Below, in pieces: positions 9,015 through 19,652 of a DNA stretch of 64,000 bases; the stretch's first letter is position 1, and each line of letters opens with the position of its first letter. Below the pieces are notes generated by a model. The model saw nothing but the letters and a program-made list of their open reading frames with translations. It did no database searches and was not told the DNA's origin. Where the stretch lies: positions 160,001 to 224,000 of the forward strand of contig CAVPKM010000013.1 in NCBI GenBank assembly GCA_963705725.1, in the 5' to 3' direction. Source of the stretch: an uncultured Gammaproteobacteria bacterium (lineage in GTDB: Bacteria; Pseudomonadota; Gammaproteobacteria; UBA6002). The position numbers were made by a program, and so were the translations under genes.

Positions 9015-11255
9015 ATGACAGTAGAACAATTTGAAAATGATTATATTAAAGAAGAAATCTCACAACTTCCTCGCTGTGCGATTAGCGGCGGGTATATAAA
9101 ATCAGCTTTATGGAAAACTAATGAAGTAGGAAGGAAAATTTATTTTGAATACGATGCTTTTATGCGCAAAAAGGAATCTGACAAAAGCTTTACCATAAAA
9201 TTAATCGACCTAGCAAGGGATTATACGCAAGATTGTGTAGCCATGGAGTTGATTGATTTTGTTAAGCAAGAGCCAAAGATTTTGACTCAATCACAGCGTG
9301 AACATTTTATGTTAAGTCAATTGTTATTTGCTATTTTCAGCGACGACCCCACTGAATTTGATAAATTTACGCCTTTTTTAAGTTATTATGTTAATAAGAC
9401 CTATAATTTTAAAACAATTTTACACTACGCTACTGCAAGTAGTACTGATTCAGAAAAAATAAAAATGCTGTTAGATGCGGGTGCTCGAGTCGAGCCTTAC
9501 CCTATAGAGAGAGCATCTGCATGGCATCTGAGAGCATCTGCACAGCATCCTCTTCGAACTGCAGTTACCAACGGGAATCAGCATTTAGCCAAATTGTTTT
9601 TAGAATACGGCGCTAAAATTGATACTGAGTTACATCTAGCAATTAGAAATCCTGAAATGACTAAAATACTTTTGGCGCATGGCGCAGACGCAAATGCAAT
9701 TGATAGCAAAGGCAATACTGCATTGCACATCGCTCAAAATAAAGAAGTAGTCGAGTTATTACTCCAACATGGTGCAGATATTGACGTAAAAAATGCGCAA
9801 GGTTATACCGCTTTGGATATGTTTCAGGCAAAAGTTAACCCCTATCTTGGGGAACCCCAAAACTTTCTAGGTTCTAGATTTCTTTCCATCCCATCGCGTA
9901 TCGAACAGGATCTTGCCATTTGTGAGTTGTTAAAAGCACAAAAATTAAGACGAGAAGCAAAAAAAGCTGAAGCTGCGGCTGAAGTGGATTCTATGGAAAA
10001 ATTTGACCTGAAGGACATCCAAGAGAGCATCTCTGATCATGAATTATTAAATGGAGAAAGATTAGAAAGTAAAAATAAAAAAGATGTGGAAGAAAAAGCG
10101 AGGCAGGATAGAGTTGCAAGTGATCTAGCATTCATAGAAGAAAATCAAAAAAATAAAGCTTTTCATTACTTGGGACTGGAGGAGGATCCTGATCGAATAA
10201 TTTTTAACCCGGAAAATATAAGTCAATATATAGCGGATTGGTTAAGTGGTATCTCTGAGGCTGAAGGCTATGTGAAACGCGTGTGCCAAGAAAATAATAT
10301 TCGATTTTTTGAGTTATTAAATGAATTACCAGAAACAGAAGCCAGTCAACTATTTGGGCTAATACTTGAGGGAGCAGAAGATCCTTCGTTACTTTGGATG
10401 GGTGCTTCGCATCACTTTGTTGGATTAATCTGGTCAGCAGATGACGCCAGCAGCATCGCAAAATTATCAGAACGTGCGAATGGTTTAGGACTGACCGATA
10501 TTCTTAAAGAGGATGTCATTGTTAATCGCATTCTTGAAACAGGCGCCTTGATTTACCTTGAAGATCCCGCATTGTTTTGTGCCATCGTGCAATCATCTGG
10601 CATCGCAAGCTTAGGTGAAGAAAATAAACAGGTGATAGCAGAAACACTCTTTCAGTCGGGTTTAAAGTGTGAAAATGGGGAAGAAGCCTTTGCCACTATT
10701 ATATCCCTACTATTCGATCTCAAAGATCATTGGTCACAATCTAATAGTCCAGCAGGTAAAGAAGAAATCATTTTCGATTTTTACGCGGCTTTATTAATGC
10801 AAAATGCGGAGCTCATGATAGAGCTTGCGGGTAAAAATCCTTCATCTTTTAAAGCATTGCTAGGAGGAATGTCTACCACACAAATGAATTTGCTTGAAGA
10901 CAAGCCTTTTTATGTTGAATTGATGGCACAGCCTGAAATTAAAAGACTTTTTCCCCCTAAAAAAACTGTGATTGACTATAACGATCCAAATGAAGAATTA
11001 GCGTGGTCCACCTGCACATTGACAGGATTATTTGTAAAAGATCAAGAAGAACAAGAAAAGGCAGAGTTTTCTTTCTTTAGGAAACAAGTAACGAAACCTA
11101 AGCCAGTAATAATAAATAAAGTGAATTTTGACCATGCGGTGCAATCTGATCAGAAATCAGCGGGTGAAAGCATGACTGAATGGGATATTTCTATAGACCT
11201 TAAGGAAAACCAAAAAGAAGAAAAGAAAGAGAAAGAATCCTGCTTGGTTATGTAA
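9015..11255 (+). CDS. Ankyrin-repeat effector-like protein with C-terminal CaaX motif (CLVM)
   Basis: Ankyrin repeats (GNTALHIA..VVELLLQHGADIDVKNAQGYTAL), a coiled-coil and the tail KEEKKEKESCLVM. ATG at 9015 follows GAGGG; the ORF track starts it at 8970. Confidence 0.85.
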   Translation: MTVEQFENDYIKEEISQLPRCAISGGYIKSALWKTNEVGRKIYFEYDAFMRKKESDKSFTIKLIDLARDYTQDCVAMELIDFVKQEPKILTQSQREHFMLSQLLFAIFSDDPTEFDKFTPFLSYYVNKTYNFKTILHYATASSTDSEKIKMLLDAGARVEPYPIERASAWHLRASAQHPLRTAVTNGNQHLAKLFLEYGAKIDTELHLAIRNPEMTKILLAHGADANAIDSKGNTALHIAQNKEVVELLLQHGADIDVKNAQGYTALDMFQAKVNPYLGEPQNFLGSRFLSIPSRIEQDLAICELLKAQKLRREAKKAEAAAEVDSMEKFDLKDIQESISDHELLNGERLESKNKKDVEEKARQDRVASDLAFIEENQKNKAFHYLGLEEDPDRIIFNPENISQYIADWLSGISEAEGYVKRVCQENNIRFFELLNELPETEASQLFGLILEGAEDPSLLWMGASHHFVGLIWSADDASSIAKLSERANGLGLTDILKEDVIVNRILETGALIYLEDPALFCAIVQSSGIASLGEENKQVIAETLFQSGLKCENGEEAFATIISLLFDLKDHWSQSNSPAGKEEIIFDFYAALLMQNAELMIELAGKNPSSFKALLGGMSTTQMNLLEDKPFYVELMAQPEIKRLFPPKKTVIDYNDPNEELAWSTCTLTGLFVKDQEEQEKAEFSFFRKQVTKPKPVIINKVNFDHAVQSDQKSAGESMTEWDISIDLKENQKEEKKEKESCLVM

Positions 11256-11268
11256 AAACATAACTAAA

Positions 11269-11441
11269 GTAACCATTCAGCGCAAATGCTAGAAGCCGCT
11301 AAACGTTCAGATTTTAGCCAGATTCGGACAAACAAATTTAATTAAAAAGCGGAGCATATATAAATATGTGAGCAGTTTTAATTAAATTTTTTGTTCGAAG
11401 ATGGCAAAATATGGACGTTTCAATCCTGTGCTGAGTGATTA
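11269..11441 (+). mobile_element. 173-bp palindromic MITE, copy 1
   Basis: Ends gtaaccattcagc...gctgagtgatta with a long internal inverted repeat; homologous to 46936-47107 and 48246-48419. Confidence 0.85.
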
Positions 11442-13376
11442 GGTGGTTTTATATAGTTTTAAACAGAGATAGCCAGTTATAATCAGGCCGATAAATGGAG
11501 TAAAAGGACGAAATGAGTTGGGAAGCAAATTAAGTGCATCTGAATTGCCTGCCAAAATAAAGGGAATAGCAAGAAAGACGCCCGTAAGAGCAGACCCAGC
11601 CACAATGCCGCAGGCTAATAGTAAGGCGGAAATCTGCTCCTTGTTGTGAGGTTTTTTCCGTTTGCTAGCAAGATAATTGGTAAAACCTCCAATGATAACT
11701 GGTAAAACAATATCGGGTGGCAAATAAATTCCCAATCCGATTGCTAAAACAGGTAGCCGTTTCCGCTTATACTTAAGGTATTCATCCCCGATAATTCCTG
11801 CTATTGCAATTAAACCACCTAGAATTATTTCTCGTTTAGGAAGATTATGCTTAAACACGCCTTGTGCAATTGCCGTAATTAGACCGGCTTGCGGAGCAGG
11901 TAGCATTTGAGTTTTGTTCATGTGAGGAAGAGGAAACACTCCTCCTATCCCATAAGCCTGAAAGAGAATTTCCAAAACAGGCGCAACTACTAAGGCAGAA
12001 ATCGTTACGCCTAACATAATCATTAATTGTTGCTTCCAAGGTTTGGCATTTAACAGTTGGCCAGCTTTTAAATCTTGGATATTTTCACCTGATATTGCGC
12101 TGATGACAGCAATGACACTGGTGATAAGAATCACCAACGTCATTTCTTTTGCCAAAAAAGTAGGAGTATTCATAAAAGTTAAAGATAAGAGAGATGCAAT
12201 AATGAGTACGGCAATCAGCATCAGGCCGGAAAGTGGATTATTTGTCATTCCTACCAGGCCGCTTAGATAGGCGCAAATCGAAGCAAGAAAAAATCCGGCA
12301 ACCAGTGTGACCAAGGTGGCAATTGAGCTTAATAAAAAACTCACTAAAAAAGAAAAGGGAGGAGGTTGCAAGCTTAGAAAATAAGCGTAACTAAGTACAG
12401 AGAATAGTGAGAATATGAAAATGCCGATAAGAACCAAAATAAAAGGGAAATCTTCTTCTGCAGAGGAACGGTTCTGTCGAAGCTTAATAGAGGAGATTGA
12501 AATTAAAGAAACTTTGAGACCATTAATAATGGGTTTAACCAATTTTATTAAGGTCCAAATGCCGCCAATTATCATGGTCCCAACCCCAATGAAACGGATA
12601 TGGTTATTCCATAATTGCATGGTAAGCTCATAGGGAGTTAATCCACTGGGTAAGGCGTAAAATAAGCTAAATACCGGAATGCCGATAATCCAGCCAATCA
12701 TCCAACCAAACAACATAGCAATAGAGGCTTCAATCCCTACAATAAAGCCTGCTGCTAGAAGTGCAGGGGAAAATCCAAGCGCGGTGCCAAATAAAAGATG
12801 GTCTTTTCTAAACCAAAGTTGCCAATTTTCTGCAACCCATTTAAATCCAATTTGAGAAAGGCTAATTATCGCACCTAAAAGTCCTCCAGTTAATAAATGC
12901 TGAAATTGTTTTTTGCTGTTTATGCTCACCTTCATCACTTGGCCAATTGCGGTGCCTTCGGGAAAAGACAAATCGCGATGATGTAAAAGAATTTTTCTAA
13001 GTGGTATAGAGAAAAACAATCCTAGCATGCCGCCAATAAACACGATGCAGAAGGTTTGCCAATAGTAAAAATGTTGCCAATATCCGGTAATGATTAAAGC
13101 GGGCAGTATAAAGGAGACGGCTGCTGCTACTCCTTCACCGGCAGAAGCGGAGGTTTGTACCAAATTACTTTCAAGTATCTGACTATTTTTAAAAAAATGA
13201 AGAATAGCCATGGAAATGACAGCGGCAGGAATGGAAGCCGCAATGGTATGTCCAATTTTTAAAGCAAGATAGACGTTCGATGCGGCAAGAATGGCGGTTA
13301 AAAAAACAGATAAAAAAAGGACTCGGAAGTTAATGTTAACATGATCTAGTCTTGCTGCATTCGATGAATTAGGCAA
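11439..13376 (-). CDS. OPT family oligopeptide transporter
   Basis: [40 protein letters not shown]; many TM helices. Confidence 0.92.
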   Translation of the reverse strand: MPNSSNAARLDHVNINFRVLFLSVFLTAILAASNVYLALKIGHTIAASIPAAVISMAILHFFKNSQILESNLVQTSASAGEGVAAAVSFILPALIITGYWQHFYYWQTFCIVFIGGMLGLFFSIPLRKILLHHRDLSFPEGTAIGQVMKVSINSKKQFQHLLTGGLLGAIISLSQIGFKWVAENWQLWFRKDHLLFGTALGFSPALLAAGFIVGIEASIAMLFGWMIGWIIGIPVFSLFYALPSGLTPYELTMQLWNNHIRFIGVGTMIIGGIWTLIKLVKPIINGLKVSLISISSIKLRQNRSSAEEDFPFILVLIGIFIFSLFSVLSYAYFLSLQPPPFSFLVSFLLSSIATLVTLVAGFFLASICAYLSGLVGMTNNPLSGLMLIAVLIIASLLSLTFMNTPTFLAKEMTLVILITSVIAVISAISGENIQDLKAGQLLNAKPWKQQLMIMLGVTISALVVAPVLEILFQAYGIGGVFPLPHMNKTQMLPAPQAGLITAIAQGVFKHNLPKREIILGGLIAIAGIIGDEYLKYKRKRLPVLAIGLGIYLPPDIVLPVIIGGFTNYLASKRKKPHNKEQISALLLACGIVAGSALTGVFLAIPFILAGNSDALNLLPNSFRPFTPFIGLIITGYLCLKLYKTT

Positions 13377-15273
13377 GCAAAGCTTCCTTGCGGGTTTTGG
13401 TTAACTGGTTAAATCGTTGTTGGATGGATTTCACTATGCCTTGTGCATCTAAACGACATTGGCTAAGCATTTTATCCGGATTGCCATGTTCAAGAAAAAA
13501 ATCCGGTAACCCCAAATTCAGCAAGTTAATGGCATATCCTTCACGAATGATAAATTCATTTACGCCGCTGCCTGCGCCCCCCATAATTGCATTTTCCTCT
13601 ATCGTCACTAAAAGCTCGTATTTCGATGCTAAGGATTGGATTAACGCTTCGTCAAGCGGTTTGATAAAGCGCATATCAACCACCGTTGCGTTTAAAAAAT
13701 CTCCGGCTTGTTTGGCAGGGTCGACCATGGATCCAAATGCTAGCAAACAGATTGCTCCGCCGGTTCGTACAATTTTAGCCTTGCCAATTGGTAAAGGCGT
13801 CAGCTCAGAATTGACCGCAGTCCCAGGTCCACTGCCTCTTGGGTAGCGCACAGCCGCAGGACCAGGGTAATAGAATGCGGTTGTTAGCATTTTATGACAT
13901 TCATTTTCATCGGAAGGAGCCATGATAATCATATTGGGTATGCATCTTAAATAGGATAAATCAAAACTTCCTGCATGAGTGGGGCCATCGCCGCCAACTA
14001 ATCCGGCACGATCAATTGCAAATGTGACATCAAGATTTTGAAGCGCAACATCATGAATCAGCTGATCATAGCCTCTTTGTAAGAAAGTAGAGTAGATTGC
14101 CACAACAGGTTTTAAACCTTCGCAAGCCAAACCTGCCGCAAAGGTAATACAATGCTGCTCTGCGATGCCGACATCACAATATTTTTGTGGATAGTCCTTT
14201 GCAAATTGCGTCATTCCTGACCCTTCGCACATGGCAGGGGTAATGGCATATAGCCTTGGGTCATCTGCGATATCGCAAAGCCAACCGCCAAAAATATCAG
14301 AATAAGTTTTTTTTGCAGGCGGAAGGTGGCGAGTTAACACGTCATTTTCAGTCTTAAAGCCAGCCTTAACGGCATGATAAGTAACTGGATTGGCTTCTGC
14401 TAGAGGATAGCCTTTTCCTTTAGTGGTAATGACATGAAGTAATTGAGGGCCTTTCAGCAGTGTTAAATTTTCAAGCGTTGAAACCAAGTTTTTTATATCA
14501 TGCCCATCGATGGGACCAAAATAATGAAAACCGAGTTCTTCAAATAAAGTGCCAGGTGCAATCATTCCTTTTAAATGTGTTTCTGTGCGCTTGGCAAATG
14601 ATTTAATGGGAGGCATTTTTTCGAGTACTTTCTTACTGCCCTCCCTAAGTGTGGTGTAAATTTTTCCTGATAAAATTCGAGCCAAATAATTGTTTAATGC
14701 GCCGACATTAGGAGAAATAGACATGTCATTATCGTTAAGGATGACGAGTAAATCCGCATCAATACTACCTGCATGATTTAAGGCTTCAAAAGCCATCCCG
14801 CCGGTCAGACCCCCATCACCAATAATTGCAACCGATTTAAATGCTTTTTTTTGGACGTCTCTAGCGATAGCCATGCCCAATGCAGCGCTAATAGAGGTGC
14901 TGGAATGACCTACCCCAAATGTGTCAAAAAGACTCTCTTCTCTTTTAGGAAAGGGAGCCAGTCCCTGTTCTTGCCTAATGGAATGAAGCTTGTCCCTGCG
15001 TCCTGTCAAAATTTTATGTGCATAAGCCTGATGCCCCACATCCCAAATCAATTTATCTTCTGGAGTTTGAAAGACATAATGTAGGCCAATTGTTAGCTCA
15101 ACTGCTCCTAAATTAGCTGCGAAGTGTCCGCCGCATTGATTTAAAGTTTGGATTAAATACCGCCTAAGTTCTTCACATAAATTTTCTAACTGAGCAAGGG
15201 GTAATTCTCTTAAATCAGAAGGGGAATTAATACGATTTAATAGTGGATAGGAAAAATCTTCACAGTTAATCAT
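13369..15273 (-). CDS. dxs: 1-deoxy-D-xylulose-5-phosphate synthase
   Basis: [39 protein letters not shown]. Confidence 0.97.
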   Translation of the reverse strand: MINCEDFSYPLLNRINSPSDLRELPLAQLENLCEELRRYLIQTLNQCGGHFAANLGAVELTIGLHYVFQTPEDKLIWDVGHQAYAHKILTGRRDKLHSIRQEQGLAPFPKREESLFDTFGVGHSSTSISAALGMAIARDVQKKAFKSVAIIGDGGLTGGMAFEALNHAGSIDADLLVILNDNDMSISPNVGALNNYLARILSGKIYTTLREGSKKVLEKMPPIKSFAKRTETHLKGMIAPGTLFEELGFHYFGPIDGHDIKNLVSTLENLTLLKGPQLLHVITTKGKGYPLAEANPVTYHAVKAGFKTENDVLTRHLPPAKKTYSDIFGGWLCDIADDPRLYAITPAMCEGSGMTQFAKDYPQKYCDVGIAEQHCITFAAGLACEGLKPVVAIYSTFLQRGYDQLIHDVALQNLDVTFAIDRAGLVGGDGPTHAGSFDLSYLRCIPNMIIMAPSDENECHKMLTTAFYYPGPAAVRYPRGSGPGTAVNSELTPLPIGKAKIVRTGGAICLLAFGSMVDPAKQAGDFLNATVVDMRFIKPLDEALIQSLASKYELLVTIEENAIMGGAGSGVNEFIIREGYAINLLNLGLPDFFLEHGNPDKMLSQCRLDAQGIVKSIQQRFNQLTKTRKEALLA

Positions 15274-15388
15274 GTTGTTCAGCCAATGTCTGCCTATTAT
15301 TGGAAAATAGTTGGTCTGCTAAGGGCATTCATTTATGATACTTTAATTATCTTAGCTTTGCCACACCATCTAGCGTATTCACAACTGA

Positions 15389-16318
15389 TCACTTGTCGCG
15401 CATGACAATATATTCTGCCAAAGAAATTAACCGATTGAGCTGATTCTTGTGCGGTGCTAATAGGCTAAGTGCCTTCTCGTAATAGTCGCTTAACAATTGC
15501 TTTGCCGCTGCAATGCTCATTATAGTGGCGAATGTTGCTTTTTGATTGGCTTGATCTGTGCCAACATTTTTTCCCAGCGCTTCAGCTGAACTTTCTTGAT
15601 TCAAGATGTCGTCTTTAATTTGAAAACATAGCCCAATCAGTTCTGCGAATTGTTGCAAGGCGTTGATCACTGTCGTATGGGTAGGTGGGCTAGCAAGTAT
15701 CCCGAGTTGGATTGCCGCTGCGATTAATGCGCCTGTTTTATGTTGATGAATGTGCTTGATTTCTTCAATCGTTAGCTGATTGCCTGTCGCTTGAAGATCA
15801 AGTGCCTGGCCACCAGCCATTCCCAAAGACCCCGAAGCCTTAGCGAGGAGGTTGATCATTTTAAGTTGCGTCGCTTCCGGCCAGTAACCTGTTGCTCGTG
15901 ATAATATATCAAAGCTAAGCGTTTGTAGCGCATCTCCAACTAGGATAGCCGTTGCCTCATCAAAAGCCTTGTGGCAAGTTAATATTCCTCTTCTTAAATC
16001 GTCATTGTCCATTGCAGGCAAGTCATCGTGGACAAGGGAGTAGCAATGAATAAGTTCAATGGCGCTGGCAGGATAATTCAACGCGGACAAATTAGCCCCA
16101 AGCGCTTCTCCAGTAGCATAAACCAATAGCGGTCTAACTCGCTTCCCTCCATTTAACACGCAATAACGCATTGCTTCATGAAAGCGTTTTGGTATGAGTT
16201 GCGAACTTGGGAGGATATGGGTTAAAAATGTCGTAATGCGATTTTGGCATTGTGTTAGGTAATTATCGAAATCAGCATTATTCTTCAATTTTGTAATCAT
16301 CAAGCAAGAATTCGCCAT
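15389..16318 (-). CDS. ispA: Farnesyl diphosphate synthase (true start may be a few codons downstream)
   Basis: GGKRVRP, HDDLPAMDNDDLRRG, GQALDL, FQIKDD. Confidence 0.95.
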   Translation of the reverse strand: MANSCLMITKLKNNADFDNYLTQCQNRITTFLTHILPSSQLIPKRFHEAMRYCVLNGGKRVRPLLVYATGEALGANLSALNYPASAIELIHCYSLVHDDLPAMDNDDLRRGILTCHKAFDEATAILVGDALQTLSFDILSRATGYWPEATQLKMINLLAKASGSLGMAGGQALDLQATGNQLTIEEIKHIHQHKTGALIAAAIQLGILASPPTHTTVINALQQFAELIGLCFQIKDDILNQESSAEALGKNVGTDQANQKATFATIMSIAAAKQLLSDYYEKALSLLAPHKNQLNRLISLAEYIVMRDK

Positions 16319-16508
16319 GATTTTTTATAAGTTTTTGAACTTTTTGTTCCGCACTTTGTAGCGCTTTCTGGCATTGCTGAGTTAATGCCACGCCTTTTTC
16401 AAAGCTTTTTAACGATTCTTCTAAAGAAAGCCCGCCTTGTTCCATTTGAACGACAATTTTATTAAGCTCTTCCATTGCCTGCTCGAAATTAAAATCTTCG
16501 GTTGACAT
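16278..16508 (-). CDS. xseB: Exodeoxyribonuclease VII small subunit
   Basis: FEQAMEEL..LEESLKSFEKG..AEQKV; conserved xseB-ispA-dxs order. Confidence 0.95.
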   Translation of the reverse strand: MSTEDFNFEQAMEELNKIVVQMEQGGLSLEESLKSFEKGVALTQQCQKALQSAEQKVQKLIKNHGEFLLDDYKIEE

Positions 16509-16565
16509 GGGTTTTCCTCAAATTAACATTGAGATCTGAGTGTAGCATTGATAGCGAGATAAAAA

Positions 16566-16700
16566 CTACTGTTGATACTTTTGCTTTAAATTATTTTGAT
16601 GCAGCCAGGAATCATAAAGTTTTTTTGCGGCACGAAAATCCTGATTTTGCAAATGATATAATACTTGCTGTTTAATTACTTCCGGTAAATAGCCAAACAT
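16566..16700 (-). CDS. Small 44-aa protein absent from the ORF track
   Basis: GAGG RBS then ATG; MFGYLPEVIKQQVLYHLQNQDFRAAKKLYDSWLHQNNLKQKYQQ*. Lies downstream of a box+TATAAT promoter. Confidence 0.65.
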   Translation of the reverse strand: MFGYLPEVIKQQVLYHLQNQDFRAAKKLYDSWLHQNNLKQKYQQ

Positions 16701-16825
16701 TTCACACCTCATCAAATATAACATCGTAGCTAGATTACCAAGCCTCGAGTCATCAGTATGTCAGAAAAATGAAGCACAGGATGTAGGAAATTTTCCATAT
16801 TTGTTCTGATTCCCTCTTTAAATTC

Positions 16826-16858
16826 ATTATAATTTATCAACCTTAAGCTGCACTTAAG
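16826..16858 (-). promoter_or_regulatory. PmrA-like box plus consensus -10
   Basis: Minus strand reads cTTAAgtgcagcTTAAggTT-N7-TATAAT. Confidence 0.65.
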
Positions 16859-17000
16859 ATTTATAAATATCGCTAATAAAAAACAAAAACACGATAAGCA
16901 TTAATTATAAATCAATAAATCTATTTTTATATTAATTTAAATTAATATGATGTGATTTGTCTTTGCTATCATTATATGAAGCAGTAAGTAAGGAATAAAA

Positions 17001-18209
17001 ATGAAAAGGATTTGTGCGGCACTTGTTTCAGGTTACTTTTTGATGTTAGCGGCTGATGCCATGGCGATGAACGCCGAAGAAATTTATAAGAAAGCCAGTC
17101 ATTCTGTATATACCATTTATACGGTTAATTTTTATGATAAATCACCAGAATCTCTTGGTAGCGCGATTGCTGTAACCGACCATATTTTGGCGACGAATTG
17201 TCACGTGGCATTAACGGGCAACTATTTAGGCATTGTTATCAACAATGAATTCAAATTAGGTACGTTATTTTTTCGCGATGTGAATCGAGATATTTGCTTT
17301 GTTGAGGTGCCAGGAATCAAATTCAATCCGGTAAAAATTCGGGATACGCAAGGTGTTCGTGTTGGAGAGCAAGTCTTTGCTATTGGGAATCCTGAAGGAC
17401 TGGAAAAATCTATCTCCCAAGGCATTATTTCCAATAAACGCAAGGATCGTGGTGGTTATGTTTTGCAAACCGATGCAACGGTGTCTTTTGGCTCAAGTGG
17501 TGGCGGATTATTTGATCAGAATGGAAACTTGATCGGTATTACCAATAGTGTCGATCGATATAGTAAAAACATTGCCTTTGCGATCCCTTCTGAATGGATT
17601 TCTCAAATACTTTTTCCAAAGATGGTGGCAGATGATAAAAGCAAAGAGAAAACTGTAATTTCTGAAAAAAAAGAAACCAAAAAATCCATTAATAAAATTG
17701 GAAATTTTGGAAAAGCAAATATCGGTTTGTTCAAATACAATCAAAAATGTTTTGTATTTTTCACGGGAAAAAATGAATATGGTGAAATATCCGGAAGTGC
17801 TATCTGGTATCCTGAAAAACCCAACATTGTTTTATTATTCCCAAATTCCACCGATATGAATAAAAACTTTGAAATTATGAACCAAGCTTTTTATGGAGAT
17901 CAAGAAGGAAGCCCTAGCTACTCTAAGGATTATTTATATCTAGGCAATAAAAAATATGAGCTTGTTGGAATTAGAGATCAAAATGGTAAATTCCCCTTGC
18001 TTGTAACCAAGTTGCCAATTACCGCAAAATCTCTCTTCCCTACCCTGAAAAGTTTTGAGGTTGTGATTAATGATGGTCAAACCTTACAGGCCGCTACCAA
18101 AATTTTTTATGGGCTAGATGGTTACCAAGAAACCATGTCCGCTTACACCAAGCAATGCCAGCTTCCTGCGGCGTCACAAGGTGCTGCGTCAGAGGGCAAA
18201 AAAAGTTGA
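17001..18209 (+). CDS. Secreted trypsin-like (S1C-type) serine protease with an unrecognised C-terminal domain, no PDZ
   Basis: Signal peptide; TNCHV, DIC, IGNP and GSSGG catalytic triad motifs. Confidence 0.85.
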   Translation: MKRICAALVSGYFLMLAADAMAMNAEEIYKKASHSVYTIYTVNFYDKSPESLGSAIAVTDHILATNCHVALTGNYLGIVINNEFKLGTLFFRDVNRDICFVEVPGIKFNPVKIRDTQGVRVGEQVFAIGNPEGLEKSISQGIISNKRKDRGGYVLQTDATVSFGSSGGGLFDQNGNLIGITNSVDRYSKNIAFAIPSEWISQILFPKMVADDKSKEKTVISEKKETKKSINKIGNFGKANIGLFKYNQKCFVFFTGKNEYGEISGSAIWYPEKPNIVLLFPNSTDMNKNFEIMNQAFYGDQEGSPSYSKDYLYLGNKKYELVGIRDQNGKFPLLVTKLPITAKSLFPTLKSFEVVINDGQTLQAATKIFYGLDGYQETMSAYTKQCQLPAASQGAASEGKKS

Positions 18210-18213
18210 GAAG

Positions 18214-18702
18214 TCAGGGTTGGGTAATCTGTATGGAATAAATATCCACCCACTCTCTTTTTTCAGCACCTATCTTTCTATAAAAATTCTGTCCCTGTTC
18301 GTTATCTTTTAGACACCAGGCGTTAATTCGGCCTATACCCTGTTTTTTTCCGATATGCGCTAGATGAATGAGTAAGCTCTGACCAATGCCAGATTTTCTC
18401 CACTCAGGTTTTACATAAATATCATCTAGTTGCATTAAAGGGCTTGTATTAAAAGCTCGGTTGATATTAGCGAAGGAGTAAAGGCAAAATCCAATCGGCT
18501 CATCTTGTAAGTCTGTGGCTATCAGGCAATACCAATCTGCGCATACACTAAAAAGTTCTTCTTCCAAGCGTTTGCGCGTCATCTTAAACCGATCTGTAAG
18601 ACCTTCATGCTTTACCAGATCGATAAGCATGACAAAAAGTAGATCCAAATCTTCTTTTTTGACAGGTCTTATTGCATGATTATTTTTGATAATTTTTTCC
18701 AT
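18214..18702 (-). CDS. GNAT family N-acetyltransferase (diamine acetyltransferase-like)
   Basis: LDDIYVKPEWRKSGIG acetyl-CoA motif; N..GQNFYRKIG. Confidence 0.88.
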   Translation of the reverse strand: MEKIIKNNHAIRPVKKEDLDLLFVMLIDLVKHEGLTDRFKMTRKRLEEELFSVCADWYCLIATDLQDEPIGFCLYSFANINRAFNTSPLMQLDDIYVKPEWRKSGIGQSLLIHLAHIGKKQGIGRINAWCLKDNEQGQNFYRKIGAEKREWVDIYSIQITQP

Positions 18703-18856
18703 AAATTAACGCCCTCTCTGTCTTCAAAATCATTTATTTTTTGATACTCCGGTATGGTAATCCATTTGCGAACGGGTATCCTATGTTTATATTTCGAATA
18801 GTTTCGCTTATTTCGTTTGATACGCTAATTTAGAACACTGAAATGAAAGGGGGGCA

Positions 18857-19318
18857 ATGATGGGCACTACGACATTAAACGAGAAGATATTATTACCTTC
18901 TGATCAAGAAATTCAACTTGCTAATGAGTCAAGTAAAAAATTATCTGCTTAGGTTAAGTCAATTCATTCATCAGTAATTCAATTTCAAGGAATGAAAGGT
19001 GAAAATTTTTTTATTCCTGCAAAAGCAGCAAATTTACTGATGACTATTTTAAATCAGATGGCTAAGGGCAATGCTGTTACTTTGATTCCTGTTCATATCG
19101 AATTAACCACCCAGGAAGCAGCAAACCTTTTGAATGTTTCGCGTCCCTTTTTAGGGAAGCTATTAGAAGAGGGTAAAATTCCGTTTCGTCTAGTTGGCAC
19201 AAAAAGAAGAGTGCTTGCAAAAGATTTATTGAAATATAAAGAAGAAATTGATAAAAAGCGTTTGGCAGCCCTTGAAGAACTAGCTCGCGAAGCTCAAAAA
19301 TATGATATGGGATATTAA
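18857..19318 (+). pseudogene. Excisionase-family HTH DNA-binding protein (antitoxin-like) with an in-frame TAG at 18950-18952
   Basis: [35 protein letters not shown]. The upstream in-frame segment MMGTTTLNEKILLPSDQEIQLANESSKKLSA* follows an RBS. Confidence 0.8.
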
Positions 19319-19320
19319 CC

Positions 19321-19464
19321 ATGTTGCATGATATTGTTGTTTATGATGCATGTGTGCTTTATCCCGTTCCGTTACGTGATTTATTAATGCATTTGGCATT
19401 AATGGATCTATATCATGTAAACGAGTTCATTATAAAATTACGTGAATGCTCAAATAGGCTTTAG
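19321..19464 (+). pseudogene. Truncated PIN-domain toxin
   Basis: MLHDIVVYDACVLYPVPLRDLLMHLALMDLY is the typical N-terminus of PIN proteins paired with excisionase-HTH genes; stops after 47 aa. Confidence 0.75.
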
Positions 19465-19652
19465 TTAAATAGGATTTCAATTAAAATACCCCATGTCCAT
19501 GCGTGCAGACGCAAAAATTTCTTTTAAGAATGTTTGCATCCAATTTTTATATAAGTCTAAATTAATGCTCTAATGGCTGAAGAAAGTTTTTTGCGTTCTT
19601 ATTTTGAAAATTATTTTATTGTATTTTTTGTGAACAAACAAAAAGCCCATCT

